The notes under the pieces are model-generated. The model was not told where the DNA came from. It did not search any database and saw only the letters and a program-made list of their open reading frames with translations. From Hypanus sabinus (lineage: Eukaryota): a DNA stretch of 64,000 nucleotides. The stretch spans positions 93,310,001-93,374,000 of the forward strand of contig NC_082714.1 in the NCBI RefSeq assembly GCF_030144855.1. Reading direction: 5' to 3'. The translations under genes were made by a program, and so were the position numbers. Below are positions 1-14,494 of the stretch, one piece after another. The stretch's first letter is position 1. The number at the start of each line of letters is the position of its first letter.

Positions 1-1242
1 CCTCACTTCCCGTCCTGACACCACCGTCACCACCCACCACACCCACACACACCCGTTAATTTGCGTAACTCAGGGTTATCTTCAGAGTTTATTGTAAATT
101 TGTTATCTAATTATGTACACATCTTCATATGCGACTATGATTTTCAATTTCTTACAGGTTTTCACAGTAGAAGAAAGAAATACAATAGATGCAGTGAAAA
201 ACTACAAAGACTGAGAAGCGCAAAGAGGAATAGACGCGAATAAATAAAAGGATAGATAGAAAAATCCAGACAGAAATAAATAAAACATGCATGAGTGATA
301 AATCAATTAAATTTAATCAATCATAAATAAATAAACAAACCGATAAAGGGATAATGGATAAATACTTAAATAATACTGAGGACATGAGTTTGAAAGAGAG
401 TGAAGAGATCTGGAATCAGTTCAGAGATGTGGTGATTAAAGTCATCCACTTTGGTTTAGGAGCCTGATGTTTGAACCCTTCCTGAAGACTGTAGTGCAGG
501 ATCTGAGATTGTAATTGTCAGATGGGAAGGAGATGCTTAAGCTTGAAAAAAAAGTGTAAGATGACTACAGAGCCCCGTTTAATTATGGTAAAGGTTTATA
601 TTGTCTGATCAATATCGTAGTCTGTATGGAGGTTGTGACTGATAAGATGACTGCAGAAGCTCCACACACACACACAGCGACATAAGCAGCAATTCACACA
701 AATTATTTACGGTTGCCTAACCTGCTGATTTTTTCAAGAATTTGGTGTAGAAATCTCTCTTCGTCATTAATGAAGTTTTTATGTTGGTTGGATGGTGTCA
801 ACCTTTTCCTTGGCTGGATAATCACTCTATTTATAAACTATACAGAGCAACGTGGGCAACATTAGAGAAAATGAATCCTGTGCATAATCTAGAAGTCAAA
901 TGAACAATCGGGCAAATGACGCCGGCACGGTTTACTGGAACAATTAACATGTTTCACATCTTAAAACCTCTTTGAAAATGCTGGGATAGTCAAGCGCGTT
1001 ATAAATCACCAAGAAAAGAAAAATAAATGTACATAAAATAGAATACATTAAATATTATAAAATATCAGCTTTATTTGGCATACGTAGAAACAAACAAACA
1101 GCGCCATTTGCGCCAAGTCAATTCGATAAAGATTATGCTGGGACAGATCGGAATTGTCAGCACGCTTTCGGCGACAACATGTATTTATTTGGTATTTACG
1201 CATTTACCTATCTATCAGTCTTTATGTCTATCTAACTGTCTG

Positions 1243-1428
1243 NNNNNNNNNNNNNNNNNNNNNNNNNNNNNNNNNNNNNNNNNNNNNNNNNNNNNNNNNN
1301 NNNNNNNNNNNNNNNNNNNNNNNNNNNNNNNNNNNNNNNNNNNNNNNNNNNNNNNNNNNNNNNNNNNNNNNNNNNNNNNNNNNNNNNNNNNNNNNNNNNN
1401 NNNNNNNNNNNNNNNNNNNNNNNNNNNN
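1243..1428. other. Assembly gap (N run)
   Basis: 186 consecutive N; ORFs spanning it are artefacts. Confidence 0.99.
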
Positions 1429-1909
1429 GACCATTCTGGCCGAACGAGCCGCACCACCCAGCAGCTCACTGTTTTGACCGTAGCGCAATCACAGGACAAT
1501 TTACAATAACCAGCTAACCTACTAACCAGTACTTCTTTTGACTGTAGAAGGGAACCAGAGAACCTGAAGGATGCTGCACCTGTCAATATCTCCAGTTGAA
1601 CTTTGTGTTTTTGTGTGATTTGCCCCCAGCCTTCTGTCTGTGGTTTTGTATTACCATGTTTGTTTTCATGCCCCATTATTACCTGTCCCAGCTCCTGCTG
1701 TACTCCGAACCTTGCATTACTGAGTACTCCGCCTTTCACCTGTTTCTCGTTATTGCCTGTTTTCAGCCGCTTCTGTCTTATTGTGCCCTACCTATCATCT
1801 GGCTCGCTGTGCATTAGTCAGTGAATTTTAGTCCTGTGTTTTCACCTGTTTGTTGTCAGATGGTGCCAATGAACTTTCCTGAGCCTTTCCAGCATTCGTA
1901 TCTACACGT

Positions 1910-4900
1910 AGAACCATAGAACATTACAACACAGAAACATGCCCTTTGGATCTTCTTGACTGTGCCGAACCATTTTTCTGCCTAGTCCCACTGACCTGCA
2001 CCCGGCCTAGATCCCTCCATACTCCTCTCATCTATGTACCTGTCTAAGTTTTTCTTAAATGTTAAAAGTAAGCCCGCATTTACCACTTCATCTGGTTGCT
2101 CTTTTCACACTCCCTCCACTCTCTGGGTGAAGAAGTCCGCCCCCACCCCTAATGCTTCCTTTAAACTTTTCCCCCTTCTCTCTTAACCCATGTCTTCTGT
2201 ATTTTTTTCTCCCCTATCCTCAGTGGAAAGAAACCCTGCTTGCATTCACTCTGCCTATACCCATCATAATTTTATATACCTCTATCAAGTCTAGCCTCAT
2301 TCTTCTATGCTCCAGGGAATAAAGTCCTAACCGATTTCAACCTTTCCCGGTAACTCAGTTTTTCAAGTCCCGGCAACAAACTTGTAAACTTTCTCTACAT
2401 TCCTTCAACGTTATTAATATTCTTCATGTAATTCGGTGACCAAAACTGCACACATTACTCCAAATTCGGCCTCACCAATGCCTCATACAACCTGGCCATA
2501 ACATTCCAACTTTTATACTCAGTACTTTGATTTATAAATGCCAATATACCAAAAGCTCTCTTTGCTACCCTCTCTACCTCTGACACCACTTTTAGGGAAT
2601 TTTGTATCTGCATTCTTAGATCCCTCTGTTCTACTGCATTTCCCAGTGTCCTACAATTTAACTTGTACGTTCTACCCTAGTTTTTCCTTCAAAGTGCAAT
2701 ACCTCACACGTGTCTGTATTAAACTCCATCTGCCATTTTCAGCCCATTTTTCCAGCTGGTCCAGATCCATCTGCAAGCTTTGAAAACCTTCTACACTGTC
2801 CACCACAGCACCAATCTTTGTATCATCAGCAAATTTGCTGATCCAATTTACCATATTATCATTCAGATCATGGATATAGATGAAAAATAACAATGGACCA
2901 AGCATTGATTCCTGTGGCACATCATCAGCCACTCAGAGAAGCACTACCACTCTCTGACTTCTCCCATTGAGCCAATATCTAATCCAATTTGCTACCTCAC
3001 TATGTATACCCAGCGACTGAATCTTCCTAAATAACCTCCTACGCGGGACTTTGTCAAAGGGCTTACTGAAGTCCATGTAGACAACAACTGCTGCCTTCCC
3101 TTCATCCACTTTCCTTGTAACCTCCTCGAAAAACTCTAATAGACATGTTAAACATGACCTACCACGCACAAATCTGTGTTGACTCTCCCAAATAGTGCCT
3201 GTCTATCGAAATCCTTGTAGATCCTATCTCTTAGTACTCCTTCCAATAATTTATCTACAATGGACGTCAAAGTTACAGGCCTATAACTTCCCGGATAACT
3301 TTTAGAACCTTTTTCAAACAACGGAATAACATAAGCTTTCCTCCAATCCTCTGGAACCTCACTCGTAGATAACAACAGTTTAAATATGTCTACCAGGGCC
3401 CCTACAATTTCAAAACTCGTCTCCTTCAAGGGCCGAGGGCATATCCTGTGAGGTCCTGAGAATTTATTTACTCTGCTTTTCCCCAAGATACTCAAGCACC
3501 TCCTCCTCTTCATTCTGTATGCTTTCCATGACCTCACTACTTGTTTACTTTATTTTTATTGACTCCATGCCAATTTCCTTCGTAAATACAGACACAAAAA
3601 CCCATTTGAGATCTCCCCCGGTTCTTTTGGTTCCATATAGAGCCGACCACTTTGATGTTCAAGTTTACTATCCTTTTGCTCTTAATATAACTGTAGAAGC
3701 TCTTTGGGTTAACTTTCACGTTGACTGCCAAAGCTACCTCATGTCATCTTTTAGCCCTCCTGATTTCTTTCTTAAGTATTTTTTGCACTTTTTGTACTCC
3801 TCAAGTACCTTATCTGCTCCCTGTGTCCTGTACATGTCATGCATCTCTCTCTTCTTCTTTATCAGAGATCCAATATCCCTGGAGAAACAAGGTTACCTAT
3901 CCTTATTCAATTTTCCTTTAATCTTGACAGTAAGATACAAACAGTGCAGTCTCAAAATTTCTTCTTTGAAGGCCTCCGACTTACCAACGACATCCTTGCC
4001 AGAGAACAACCTGTCCCAATCTATGCTTTTTAGATCGTTTTTCATTTCTTCAAATTTAGCCTTTTTCCAGTTTAGAAACTCAACCCGAGGAGCAGATCTA
4101 TCTTTATCCACGATCAAGTTGAAACTAATGGTGTTGTGATCACTGGAACCAAAGTGTTCCCCTACACACACTTTCGTCACCTGTCCGAACTCGTTTCGTA
4201 ATAAGAGATCTGATATTGCATCCTCTCTCGCTGGTACCTCTATATATTGATTTAGAAAACTTTCCTGGGCGTATGTTACACTCTCTAACCCGGCTAGGCC
4301 TTTAAAAGTATGGGAGTCACAATCAATACTTGGGAAATTAAAATACCTTACTATCACAACTTTATGTTTTCTGCAGTTGTCTGCTATCTCTCTGCAGATT
4401 TGTTCCTCGAATTCTCGCTGACTAATGGGTGGTCTAAAATACAACCATCATTAATGTGGTCATACCTTTCCTGTTTCTCAGCTCCACCCATGTGGCCTTG
4501 GTAGGCAAGCCTTCTAATCTGCCCTGCCTGAGGAATGCTGTAACATTTTCCCCGACTAGCAATGCTACCCACCCACCCTTCATCCCTCTGCCTCTATCAC
4601 GTCTGAAACATCGGAAAACTGGAACATTAAGCTGCCAGTTCTGCACCCACTGCTGCCATGTATCACTAATTACTACAATGTCATAATTCCACGTGTCAAT
4701 CCACGCACTCAGCTCTTCAGCTTTCCTCAAAATACTCCTCTTAAGATTATTACCACGACACACAACCCTTCTATTTGTAACTTTGCATGAAACTTTAACA
4801 TCACTTGTTTTCATCCCCGCTCCTCTATCTACTCTGGCACTCTTGTTCCCATTCCCCTGCAAATCTAGTTTAACCTCCTCCCACCCCCAATAGCACTAAC

Positions 4901-5335
4901 AAACCTCCCTGCAAGAATATTGTTCCCCCTGTAGTTCAGGTGTAACCCGTCACTCGTGTACAGGTCCCACCTGCCCCAGAAGAGGATCCAATGATCCTGA
5001 AATCTGAAACCCTGCCCCATACACCAGTTCTGCAGCCACGTGTTCATCCTCCAGAGTATCCTATTCTTACCCTCACTGGCACGTGGCACAGGTAGGAATC
5101 CTGAGATTACCACCCTCGAGGTTATACTTTCTAACTTCCTACCAAGCTGTCTATACTCGCTCTTCAGGACCTCCTCACTCTTTCTTCCTACGTCATTGGA
5201 ATCGATGTGTACCATGACATCTGGCTGCCCACACTCCCATTTCAGAATGCCGTGCACGTCATTAGAGACATCCCTGACCCTGGCACCCAGGAGGCAACAA
5301 ACCATCCTGGAGTCTCTGCCGCGACCACCCAAGGC
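1910..5335 (-). mobile_element. Near full-length, frameshifted CR1 LINE
   Basis: Minus-strand ORF fragments in CR1 order: SGNH-esterase-like ORF1 (4865-5332), APE endonuclease (4434-4862; 3893-4444 with 'SDHN'), RT (2933-3169 'VVYMDFSKPFDKVP'; 2672-2932 'VPQESMLGPLLF...KFADDTKIG'). The short-repeat 3' tail is at ~1910. Confidence 0.93.
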
Positions 5336-5889
5336 TCATCACCGCTGGAGACTCGATAGCATTACACAGTTTGCTTCCGACCTGTGTCATAAATACACCT
5401 TATGTTGAATGTTAATCTTCTGGATTATATGTCATTAAGTGTTAAAATATTTGTGGTAATATTATTTTCTGTGTTGTTTGTGAGTCACATACACCTTGTT
5501 GTAAACCTTAGTCCGGAGGAACCGTAGTTCGTTTGATTGACTGGCTATGAATCTGAACTTCAAGACGGAAGTGAAGGTAAATATATTTCGCCCAATGACG
5601 GTTATAAAGTGGAGTAATCAGTCTTTAAGGTGGTCTCAGATGGCGTCGATAAATGGCATGTCTTTCCGAGCATCTCCGATAGGAATGGTCAACATTTCCC
5701 AGTTATGACAGCTGCAGCTGAAATCCATAGTTGCTGGTGCGTCACCAAGTAACATCGGCGAACTCCATTGCCGCTGCTTGATCCTCCGAGTGTGCCCAGC
5801 ATTCTCTACTTCTCTTGATGTTCTATTTTGTTTGCAAAAATCACTTGCATAATAATGTATATCTGGAAATTTGGTGGGTGGAGATGTAC

Positions 5890-8300
5890 ATAAGACTATA
5901 CGACCATAAGACTTAGGAACAGAAGTATGCCATTCGGCCCGTCGGGTCTGCTCCGCCATTCCACCATGGCGGAACCCGGATCCCAGTCAACCCCATACAC
6001 CTGCCCTCTTGCTATATCCTTTGATTCCCTGACCAATCAGTTTACTGATCAGTCAATCAGTCAACTTGCGCCTTGAATTTACCCATGGTCTTGGCCTCCA
6101 CTGCAGTCTGTGGAAGAGCATTCCACGGATTTACTACGTTCTGCTTTTATTTCTGTTCTAAATGGTCGCCTTTTTTCAAGACTGTGGCCTCTAGCTCTGC
6201 ATACCATTACCGTAGGAAACGTCCTCTCCACATCCACCATGTCTAATCCGTCCAACATTCGGTTGGCTTCAATAAGATCACCTCCCCCGCAATCTTCTAA
6301 ATTCCGGAGAGTACAGGCCCAAAGCGGCCAAATTTTCCTCATATGTTAATCCCTTCATTCCCGGAATCATCCTCCTGAATCTCCTCTGGACTCTGTACAA
6401 AGACAACACATCCCATCGGAGATATGAGGCCCAAAACTTCTGTCAATACTCCAAGTGCGGCCTGACCAGTGACTTATAAAGGTTCAGCATCATCTCCTTG
6501 TTTTTATATTCTATTCCCCTTGAAATAAGTGCCAAGATTGCAAATGTTTTCTTTACCACAGACGCAATCTTTAAATTAATGTTCTGCGAGTGTTGCAGGT
6601 CGACTCCTAAGTCACCGATGTTTGAACCCTTGCCCCATTTAGATAATAATGTGCATTAGTGTTCATTTTACCAAAATGCAGTATCAGATATTTCCCAACA
6701 CTATTCCACTTGCCGTTTCTGCCCATTCTTTCAATTTGTCTCAATCCTGCTGTAACATTGCTTTTTCAGCACTACCTACCCTCCACCAACCTTGGTCTAA
6801 TCTGCAAACTTTGCCACAAAGCCACCAATTCCATTATTTAAGGCAATGACTAACATTGTGAAAACTAGCGGTCCCAGTATTGACCCTTGACGCAGGCAGC
6901 CAATCAGAAAAGGCCACTTTGACTCACACTCGCTGGCTCCTGCCTGTCAGCTGTTCCTTTATCTATTTTAGCATCTTTCCTGTAACACTGTAGGATTACA
7001 TTTTGTTAAACAGCCTCGTGTGTGGCACCTTATCAAACGCTTTCTGAGAATCCAAGTCAATGGCATCCACTGCCTCTCCTTTGTCCACTCTGCTTGTTGC
7101 TTCCCCGAAGAACTAACAGATTTCCTTTGCAGGAACCATGCTGACTTTGACTTATTTTATCATTAGTCGTCAAATACCTCGATACCTTATCCTCATTCAT
7201 AACCTCCAACACTTCGACAACCACTCAGATTAGACTAACTTGCCTACAATGTCCTATCGCTACGATAGCGTTTCGGCGAGATAGGATCAAGCGCAAGTTG
7301 CTCCAAAAAGCAATCTCTTAGGCACCAACAAATTCCCTGTCTTGCCATCCGACACAACCGGACTTTCCCAATCTCAATGCATATTGAAGTCTCCCATTAA
7401 AATTGTGCCATTGACATAATTACATGTTTTTGTAATCTCAATCCCACCTCCTGGCTTCTATTTGGAGGCGTATGTATGATTCCCAGAATACCTATACATG
7501 ATTCCCATAATACTAATTTTTACCCTGGCAATTTCTTAACTTCACCCACAAAGATTCAACGTTCCCTGACCTGATGTCAACCATTTCTAAAGATGTAATT
7601 TAATCCCTTAACAACAGAGCCACACCACCGCCTATGCCTTCCTGCCCGTCCTTTCGATACAAATTATATCCCTTGATGTTAAGCTTCCCAACTCTAGCCT
7701 TCTTTCAACCACGACTCTGTGATACCTGCAACGTCATACCAACAAATCTCTAGTTGCGCCACGAGTTTGTCCACTTTGTTCCGAATGCCATGCGCATTTA
7801 AATACAACACCTTCATTGCTGCATTCTTCGCCCTTCTGAATTTTGCGTCTGTACAATATAACTCGTTGTTCTGTTTGCTTTTGTAACCAATCATCGGCTT
7901 GTAATTCCTTACATTCATGTTACAGCCATCATTTACTTGTAAAACTGTTGGCTCATCCTCAGTTCTCCCACACTGGTACCTATCACGCTGCCATATTAAG
8001 TTAATCTTCTATCAGCTGTAGTAAATTTTCTGGAAAGAATATTGGTCCTTCTAGGCTTCAAATGCAATCCATCCCTTTTGAACGGGTCTCACCTAAACTG
8101 AAGAAGTCCCAAATATCCAAAAATCTAGGTTCCTGCACGCCCTGCTCCTATTAATTAGCCACGCATTTATCTGCCTCCGCTTTATTTTATTCCGATCCTC
8201 ACTCTTGCATGACACAAGCCAGGATAACGAGGTTACTGCCTTTGTGGGCCTGCTTCTCAGGTTCCTTCCTAACTCCCTGTTTTCTGTTTACAGGGCCTTC
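5890..8300 (-). mobile_element. Stacked degenerate CR1 LINE fragments
   Basis: CR1 3' tail ('cataagactatacgaccataagac') at ~5890; RT C-terminal fragment 6079-6342; endonuclease start 'KVLYLNAHGIRNKVDKL' at 7694-7918. Boundaries approximate. Confidence 0.8.
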
Positions 8301-8334
8301 ACCCTTTTTCTTCCCATGTCATTGATACCATAGA

Positions 8335-10500
8335 GAAATATAGAACATCTACAGCACAGTAAATGCCATTCAGCCCACGATGATGTGCAGATCATGTACT
8401 TATTTTAGAAATTACCTCTAGTTACCCATAGTCCTCTATTTTTCTAAGCTCTTTGTACCTATCCAGGAGTCACGTAAAAGACCCTATTGAACTTGCCTCC
8501 ACCACAGTCGCCGGAGCTTATTCCATGCCCTCACCACCCTCTGTGTAAAAAAAACTTGCCCTGTCATCTCCTCTGTACCTATATCCAAGCACCTTAAAAC
8601 TGTGCTCTCTTGTGTTAGCCATTTCAGCACTAGGAAAATGCCTCAGACTATCCACACGATCAATGCCTCTTATTATCTTATACACCTCCATAAGGCACCT
8701 CTCATACTCCGTCGGTCCAAGGAGGAAGGCCAAGTTGGCTCAAGCAATTCTCATAGGGGATGCTTCCCAATCCAGGCAACATCCATGTATGTCCGCTCTG
8801 CACCCTTTCTATAGCTTCCACATACTTCCTGTAATCATGTGACCAGAACTGACCACATTACTCCAAGTGGAGTCTGACCAGGACCCTATAAAGTTGTAAC
8901 AGTACCTCACGACTCTTAAACTGAATCCCAAGGTTGATGAAAGCAAATGCACCGTATTCCTTTCTGACAACACAGTCAACCTGTGCAGCAGCCTTCAGTG
9001 TTCTATGGACTCGGACCCAAGGATCCATCTGATCCTCAACACTGCCAAGAGTCTTACCATTAATGCTCCATTCTGCCATCATATTTGACCTACCAAAATG
9101 TAACACCTCACATTATTTGGGTTGAACTCCATCTGACACTACTCAGCCCAGTTTTGCATAATATTGATGTTCCACTGTAACCTCGAACTGCCCTCCACAC
9201 TATCCACAACACTCTCAAAATGTTTGTCATCAGCAAATATACTAACCCATTCCGTTGAATCCCATGCTTCCTTACTTTCTTAATAAGCCCTGCATGAGAT
9301 ATCTTATTCAATGCCTTGCTGAAATCCATATACACTACATCTACTGCTCTAGCTTCATTAAAGTGTTTAGTTACATCCTCAAAAAATTCAATTAGGCTCG
9401 TAAGGCACGACCTGCCTTTGACAAAGCAATGCTGACTATTCATAATCATATTGTGCCTCTCCAAATGTACATAAATCGTGGCTATTGAGATATTCTCCAG
9501 CAACGTACCAACCACTGAAGTAAGGCTGTCTGGTCTCTAGTTTCCTGGGTTATCTGTAGTTCCCTTTTTGAATAAGGGAAGAACATCCACAACCCTCCAA
9601 TTCTCTGGAACCTCTCCTCTTCCCATTGATCAGGCAAAGATCATTGCCAGTGTTTCAGAAATCTCTTCCCTCGCCTCCCACAATAGTTTGGGGTAAATCT
9701 CGCCCAGTCCCGGTGACTTATCCAACGATGCTTTCCAAAAGTTCCAGCACATCTTATTTCTTAATGTCCATATGCTCAAGTTTTTCATTCCGCTGCACGT
9801 CATCCTGCAATCTCCAAGATTCTTTCCTGAAAACAAAGTATTCACTAAGTACCTCTGTCAGCTCCCCCGGATCCATGAACACTTTTCCACTGTCACACCT
9901 GATTGGTCCTATTCTCTCACGTTTTATCCTCTTCCTCCTAACAGTATTATGGAATGCCTTGGAGTTTCTTTAATACTGCTCACCAATGCCTTCTCATAGC
10001 CCCTCCTGGCTCTCCTAATTTCAATCTTCAGCTCTTTCTTGTTAGCCTTACAATCTTCTAGATCTCTATCATCCTCTAGTTTTTTTTAACCTTTCATAGT
10101 ATGTACCTGTACTTCTGGCTGCTAACCCTCCCTTTTCAGGATATTACGGATATATCCAGGATTAGCTTGGACCCTGGCACCTGCAAGGCAAACTACCATC
10201 CATGTTTCATTTTCGCGTCCTAGTATCGGCTATCTGTCCTCCCGACCATGGAATATCGTATTACTGTTGCCATCCTCTTCAGTTCCCTACCCTTCTGAGA
10301 AACAGGACCAGACACAGTGCCAGAGGCACGGCAGCTGTTGTTTCTCCCAGGTACGTCGTTCCCCCCTCAACTGCACTCAAAATGGAGTACTTATTGTCTC
10401 AATGGACGGCCACATGTGTGCTTACGTTCTCCCTTCCCTCTTGTGATAACTCAGTTATCTTTCTCCTGTAGCCTTGGCCTAACTAGCTCCCCGTGGCTTT
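8335..10500 (-). mobile_element. Degenerate CR1 LINE (RT to ORF1 fragments)
   Basis: ORFs 8858-9106, 9108-9515 ('GRSCLTSLIEFFEDVT...VYMDFSKA') and 9630-9845 ('KSPGLGEIYPKLL') are CR1 ORF2 pieces; the tail is at ~8335. Confidence 0.88.
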
Positions 10501-10799
10501 AGTAAATCACTGTTCCACTTCCGCTAACAAGCAGAAGGCCATCAAGCTGCCGCCCCAGTTCCATAACACGGTCCCTGTGGAGTTATATCTCGATGCATCT
10601 GGCGCAGGCGGGGCCATCAGGGAGACGGAGAGTGTTCTGCAAATTTCTAACTTATTCCAGTTCAATAACAAATTGCTTTTTATTCCAAACACCATCCCAC
10701 GTTGTACTGAATCCTTAGGCATTCACCTATTCTACCGCCCTTTTGCAGGCAGGTTGCGGTTTCCTCAAAACTTGCTAACCTACTTTTCTCAGGTGTTAC

Positions 10800-10980
10800 G
10801 AGGCGTGAGTGGAGCAGTGAACACAAGCACGGAGCCGAGGGGCCGAAGACCCTCTGAGCTTTTGCTGTCAGTGACATCTTCCCCTGTAGCCATGTTTGGC
10901 TACAACACCTATCAGCTTGGGGAAGAAATGGATCTTGTTAGTCATATGGAACGTGCTGAGGAGGCAGTCCGTGGCTGAGC
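10800..10980 (+). mobile_element. Possible Gypsy-type gag N-terminal remnant
   Basis: 'AMFGYNTYQLGEEMDLVSHMERAEE' resembles the start of Ty3/Gypsy gag (M..FG....F....EDW..Y.ER.E). Recognised from memory only. Confidence 0.35.
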
Positions 10981-11131
10981 TCTGTGGGTTACGCTAGCCG
11001 CTCACCATGCCATCCTCTCGGCAAACTTGCGGACGTGGATGTGGTGGCAGCGCACAGAACAAACGGTTAATGCGGCCCAAAATTTCCCCAGCTTCTCGCA
11101 CCGTGGATTCTTGAAGCCCCGTTCCCTACAG

Positions 11132-11253
11132 ACCAGGAAACGCTAATTTATGCCCAAGTTGCTGCAGATAGAAAATTGTCTGCTTCGTGTTGTAGTACTG
11201 ACTGGATTGTGCTCAATCGTATCCCTGGAGCAGGTCGATGGGAGTTTGGTTAG
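11132..11253 (+). CDS. Candidate orphan ITIM-encoding terminal exon
   Basis: Acceptor 'ccccgttccctacag|' followed by phase-1 reading DQETLIYAQVAADRKLSASCCSTDWIVLNRIPGAGRWEFG*. LIYAQV fits the ITIM consensus and resembles IYAQL of the intact gene. Confidence 0.38.
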
Positions 11254-12104
11254 AAAATTATATCAAAACATCCCAAGTTCCATACTGCAGCACTCCTTAC
11301 TCTCTGCAACAATGTTGTGCCCTTCTCTCAGCACCTCCTCACCCATAGCGTGGCCTCCTCCAATACCACTTAATCCCATTAGTACAAGGCTCAGAATTAA
11401 ACACCCAGAAATGAACAAACTAACGTCCGTCAAACTGAAGGCTGGTCATTAGGGCATGGCGGACATAATACACTGGAATATGCTCAGGATTAAGAATTAT
11501 TTGTGGTGATAGATTTCTCTCTTTTGTGTTTTTTTTGTTATTCACAACTAAAGTGATTCCCAGGAATATCGGGTGCATATATGTGATTATATGCAAACAT
11601 GCTTTGGAGTCAGAGAGCACATAACAGATCCTACAGCTCACAACGTATATGCTGATCATACAAAACCCATCCACTGTCGTTCTGTTTTTAAGTAATTGAC
11701 CTTCAGCCTTCCCTGCTTTACAGATTGTAGTTCTTGTCTTGATCTGCTTTGTTTCACGCATTGATGTCAGTGTGCGAAGTAATTCCCTGTATACAGCATA
11801 TTAAGAAAAGATACCTGTTCCCTTAGATTTACTTTGGGAACTTGGCGATTGGTTAATAGGTGGGGCAACTTGTCAGTTAACATCCTGGGGACCTGTGATC
11901 ATATATAAAACCTGTGCCAGATGATCACCGTGGTTGTCGGATGTCTCACCTCATCTTGGCTTGCTCAGCTCCAGAAGTTACCTACAGGATTCACAGCAGA
12001 GATGAGTCAGCACAAAGAACCGGAGCGTGAAATGTCTAACGGTAAAACAGGTGCACCCACTCACAAAACAGTAAATGCAACAACGGTCATGAAGCAGGAT
12101 AGGA

Positions 12105-12400
12105 GATGACATTAATCACTATTGGATCTTGGGAAATAGTGAGAGGAGAGGTAGAGTGAGGGGAAAGAAAGGGAGAGAAAGGTAGGAGAAATGGGTGAGA
12201 GAGGGAGAGGCAGATAGACAGACGGGACACAGAATGGATGGGTGGATGGAGAGGGGGAGCGTGAGACGGAGAGAGAGAGATAATGACATACAGGCAGGCA
12301 TACAGCAAACGGGAAGTCATAGCCACAGATATAGAGTGAGATAGAGAAACAGACAGAAACAGCGGTGAACAGAGGGATAGCGAGGGATACACCACAAGTT
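12105..12400. repeat. GA-rich low-complexity tract
   Basis: Purine-rich gagag/gagga runs; they produce spurious Ser/Leu/Pro ORFs on the minus strand. Confidence 0.85.
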
Positions 12401-14494
12401 CTCAATTACAGATTTAGTAGAGAGAGGATCATTAGGAACTGTAGACAGTGTCCTTGATCTCCAGAATGGTGTTGCCTATTTTTGAGGAACAAATATCTGA
12501 ACTGAGGATCAACACCAGAAGGCCGAGTATATTTGGAGAGCTAATATGATAAAATTAAGACAGAAATGTATGTATCGCTGTTTGAATTAAATTTATTCAC
12601 TGTTAAGGATATATAAGGAAAGCTAACAAATTGGTGATTACAGGCCTATAGCTATCAAACACTCATCATTATCCTGGATTTAGCTATTAGCCTCTCGAAG
12701 CGAATCAATAGACTAAGATCGAGGGCTCTACACCTCTTTGTGCAACTAGATCCTGGATTTCCTTCCTTTCCCAGTCAGTACGGATTGACAGCAACACCTC
12801 TTCCACAATCACCAGCAGCACGAAATTGTTTCTTGATCCTAAACTGATTATGTTTTCCTAAAATGAACCATAAGATCATCAAAGGAGCAGAGTCAGTCCA
12901 TTCTGTCCATCAGTTCAGCTCCACCATTCCGTCATTGTTGATTTATAATCCTACTCACCCCATTCTCCTGTAACCGTTGAAGACCTCACTAATCAAAAAC
13001 ATATCAATCTCTGCTCTAAATATACCCAATGACTTAGCTTACGCAGACGTCTGTGGCAATGAATTCCACAGATCCACCAGTCTCTGGCTAAAGTAATTGC
13101 TCATCATCTCTGTTCAAAATTGGACATTCTTCTATTCTGCGTCTGTGCCACTATTCCTAGACTCTCCTCACTATAGGAAACATACTCTTTATCAACACTT
13201 TATTTCGGCCTTTCAATATTAGATAGGTTTCAACGAGAGTTCTCTCCCATCTCACTCTTATTATTCTAAGCTGCAGCGAGTGCAGGCCCATCGCTATCAA
13301 ACACACCTCATAGATTAATCTTTCGAACCCGGGTACATTCTCGTAAACCGCCTCTGCGCGTTTTCCAATGCCAGCACATCTTTTCTTAGATAAAGAAAAA
13401 TATTCAGAAAAGCAAAACAATTCCACAGCTTCTTTTCGGCACCATAGTCATCGTAAAACAGGATTCCTTGTTGATTCCATTCCTCCTTTTATGTCCAATG
13501 TGGGTGAGTCTAGAACAAGTGAGGCATCCATTTAGAACAGGGAGAAATTTCTTCATCCAGAGTGTGGTAAATATGTAGAATTAATTGCCACAGACGCTTT
13601 CTGAGGCCATGTAATTGCGTATATTTAAAGCGGAGGTCGATTCTTCATTCGGGTGGGAATCAAAGAAGACAGGAGAATGTGGTTGAAAGAAGATGGAATG
13701 GCGGAGCTTCCTTATTCTGCTCCTTTGTCTTATGGTCAAAAAACGCACTAAGTGCAGCAACCACACTAAGCATAGCAAGATCGCACAGAGGGACCTTCGA
13801 GGTACTGATTGGTGGACAAGTGTAGAGAAGTCGTGCGAGAGGTTATTCTAACCCTTCCGCCGTTATTACTGGGAACCGCACCCACTCCGCTCAATGAACA
13901 GGCAGTAGAGTTGGGGCTTCAGGTGCCATCTTCCCCGGCAGTGGTGTGACCCCCAAGCTGCCCTTGGTGCTGGCTTAGTGACAGCGGAGTGCCCAGGATT
14001 GCCTTCGGAACACCGTCAGACAGCACGGCTCTCCCTCATCACATCTCTTTCTACAAGTAATTTCCCCCTCTAGCAGTGTGTAGCGCTGTACTTATTGCTC
14101 TTCACTCGGAGAGGACGGTGCCCCGTCCGGCCGCTACCCCCTCCCCCACTCCCAGCAGCAAATGAACCACTTTCTCAATAGTGGTGCAGAGATGGCTCGG
14201 GACTCATTTGGCCCTCTGAGGATGATACACTGCCACAACAATTGACGGGTATCCTCTCCCAAACCTACCCCTCACTCCGCAGTGACGAAAGAACCTTACA
14301 ATATGGGACTCCCATTCCGAGCCCTGTGGCGCCTGCTCCAAACTTCAGCGCGTCTCTCAGTTTCTACTTCTGCAGCTTGGAATGTACCAGTTCTTTATCC
14401 ATGGTCTGTTGGGAATGCGTTGTTCATGGGGTTAAGCGAACACCAGAGGTATCCCCTTGGTTCTGAGGTGACAGTCTAGATGAAACGAGGACAG

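Noticed and set aside
1075-1739. ORFs spanning N runs (also 14424-14926 and 60899-61186)
   Set aside because: Artefacts of translating assembly gaps.
5636-5959. 107-aa minus-strand ORF
   Set aside because: The 5' part is a CR1 tail and the remainder has no recognisable domain.
10507-10641. Minus-strand C1-like start 'SVSLMAPPAPDASRYNSTGTVLW'
   Set aside because: Wrong splice phase, no Cys at the B-strand position, and truncated by a CR1; insufficient support.
11950-12110. Minus-strand mini-exons with good splice sites (donors near 12064 and 11950)
   Set aside because: No reading frame gives a recognisable leader or V domain; stops occur in the phase-compatible frames.
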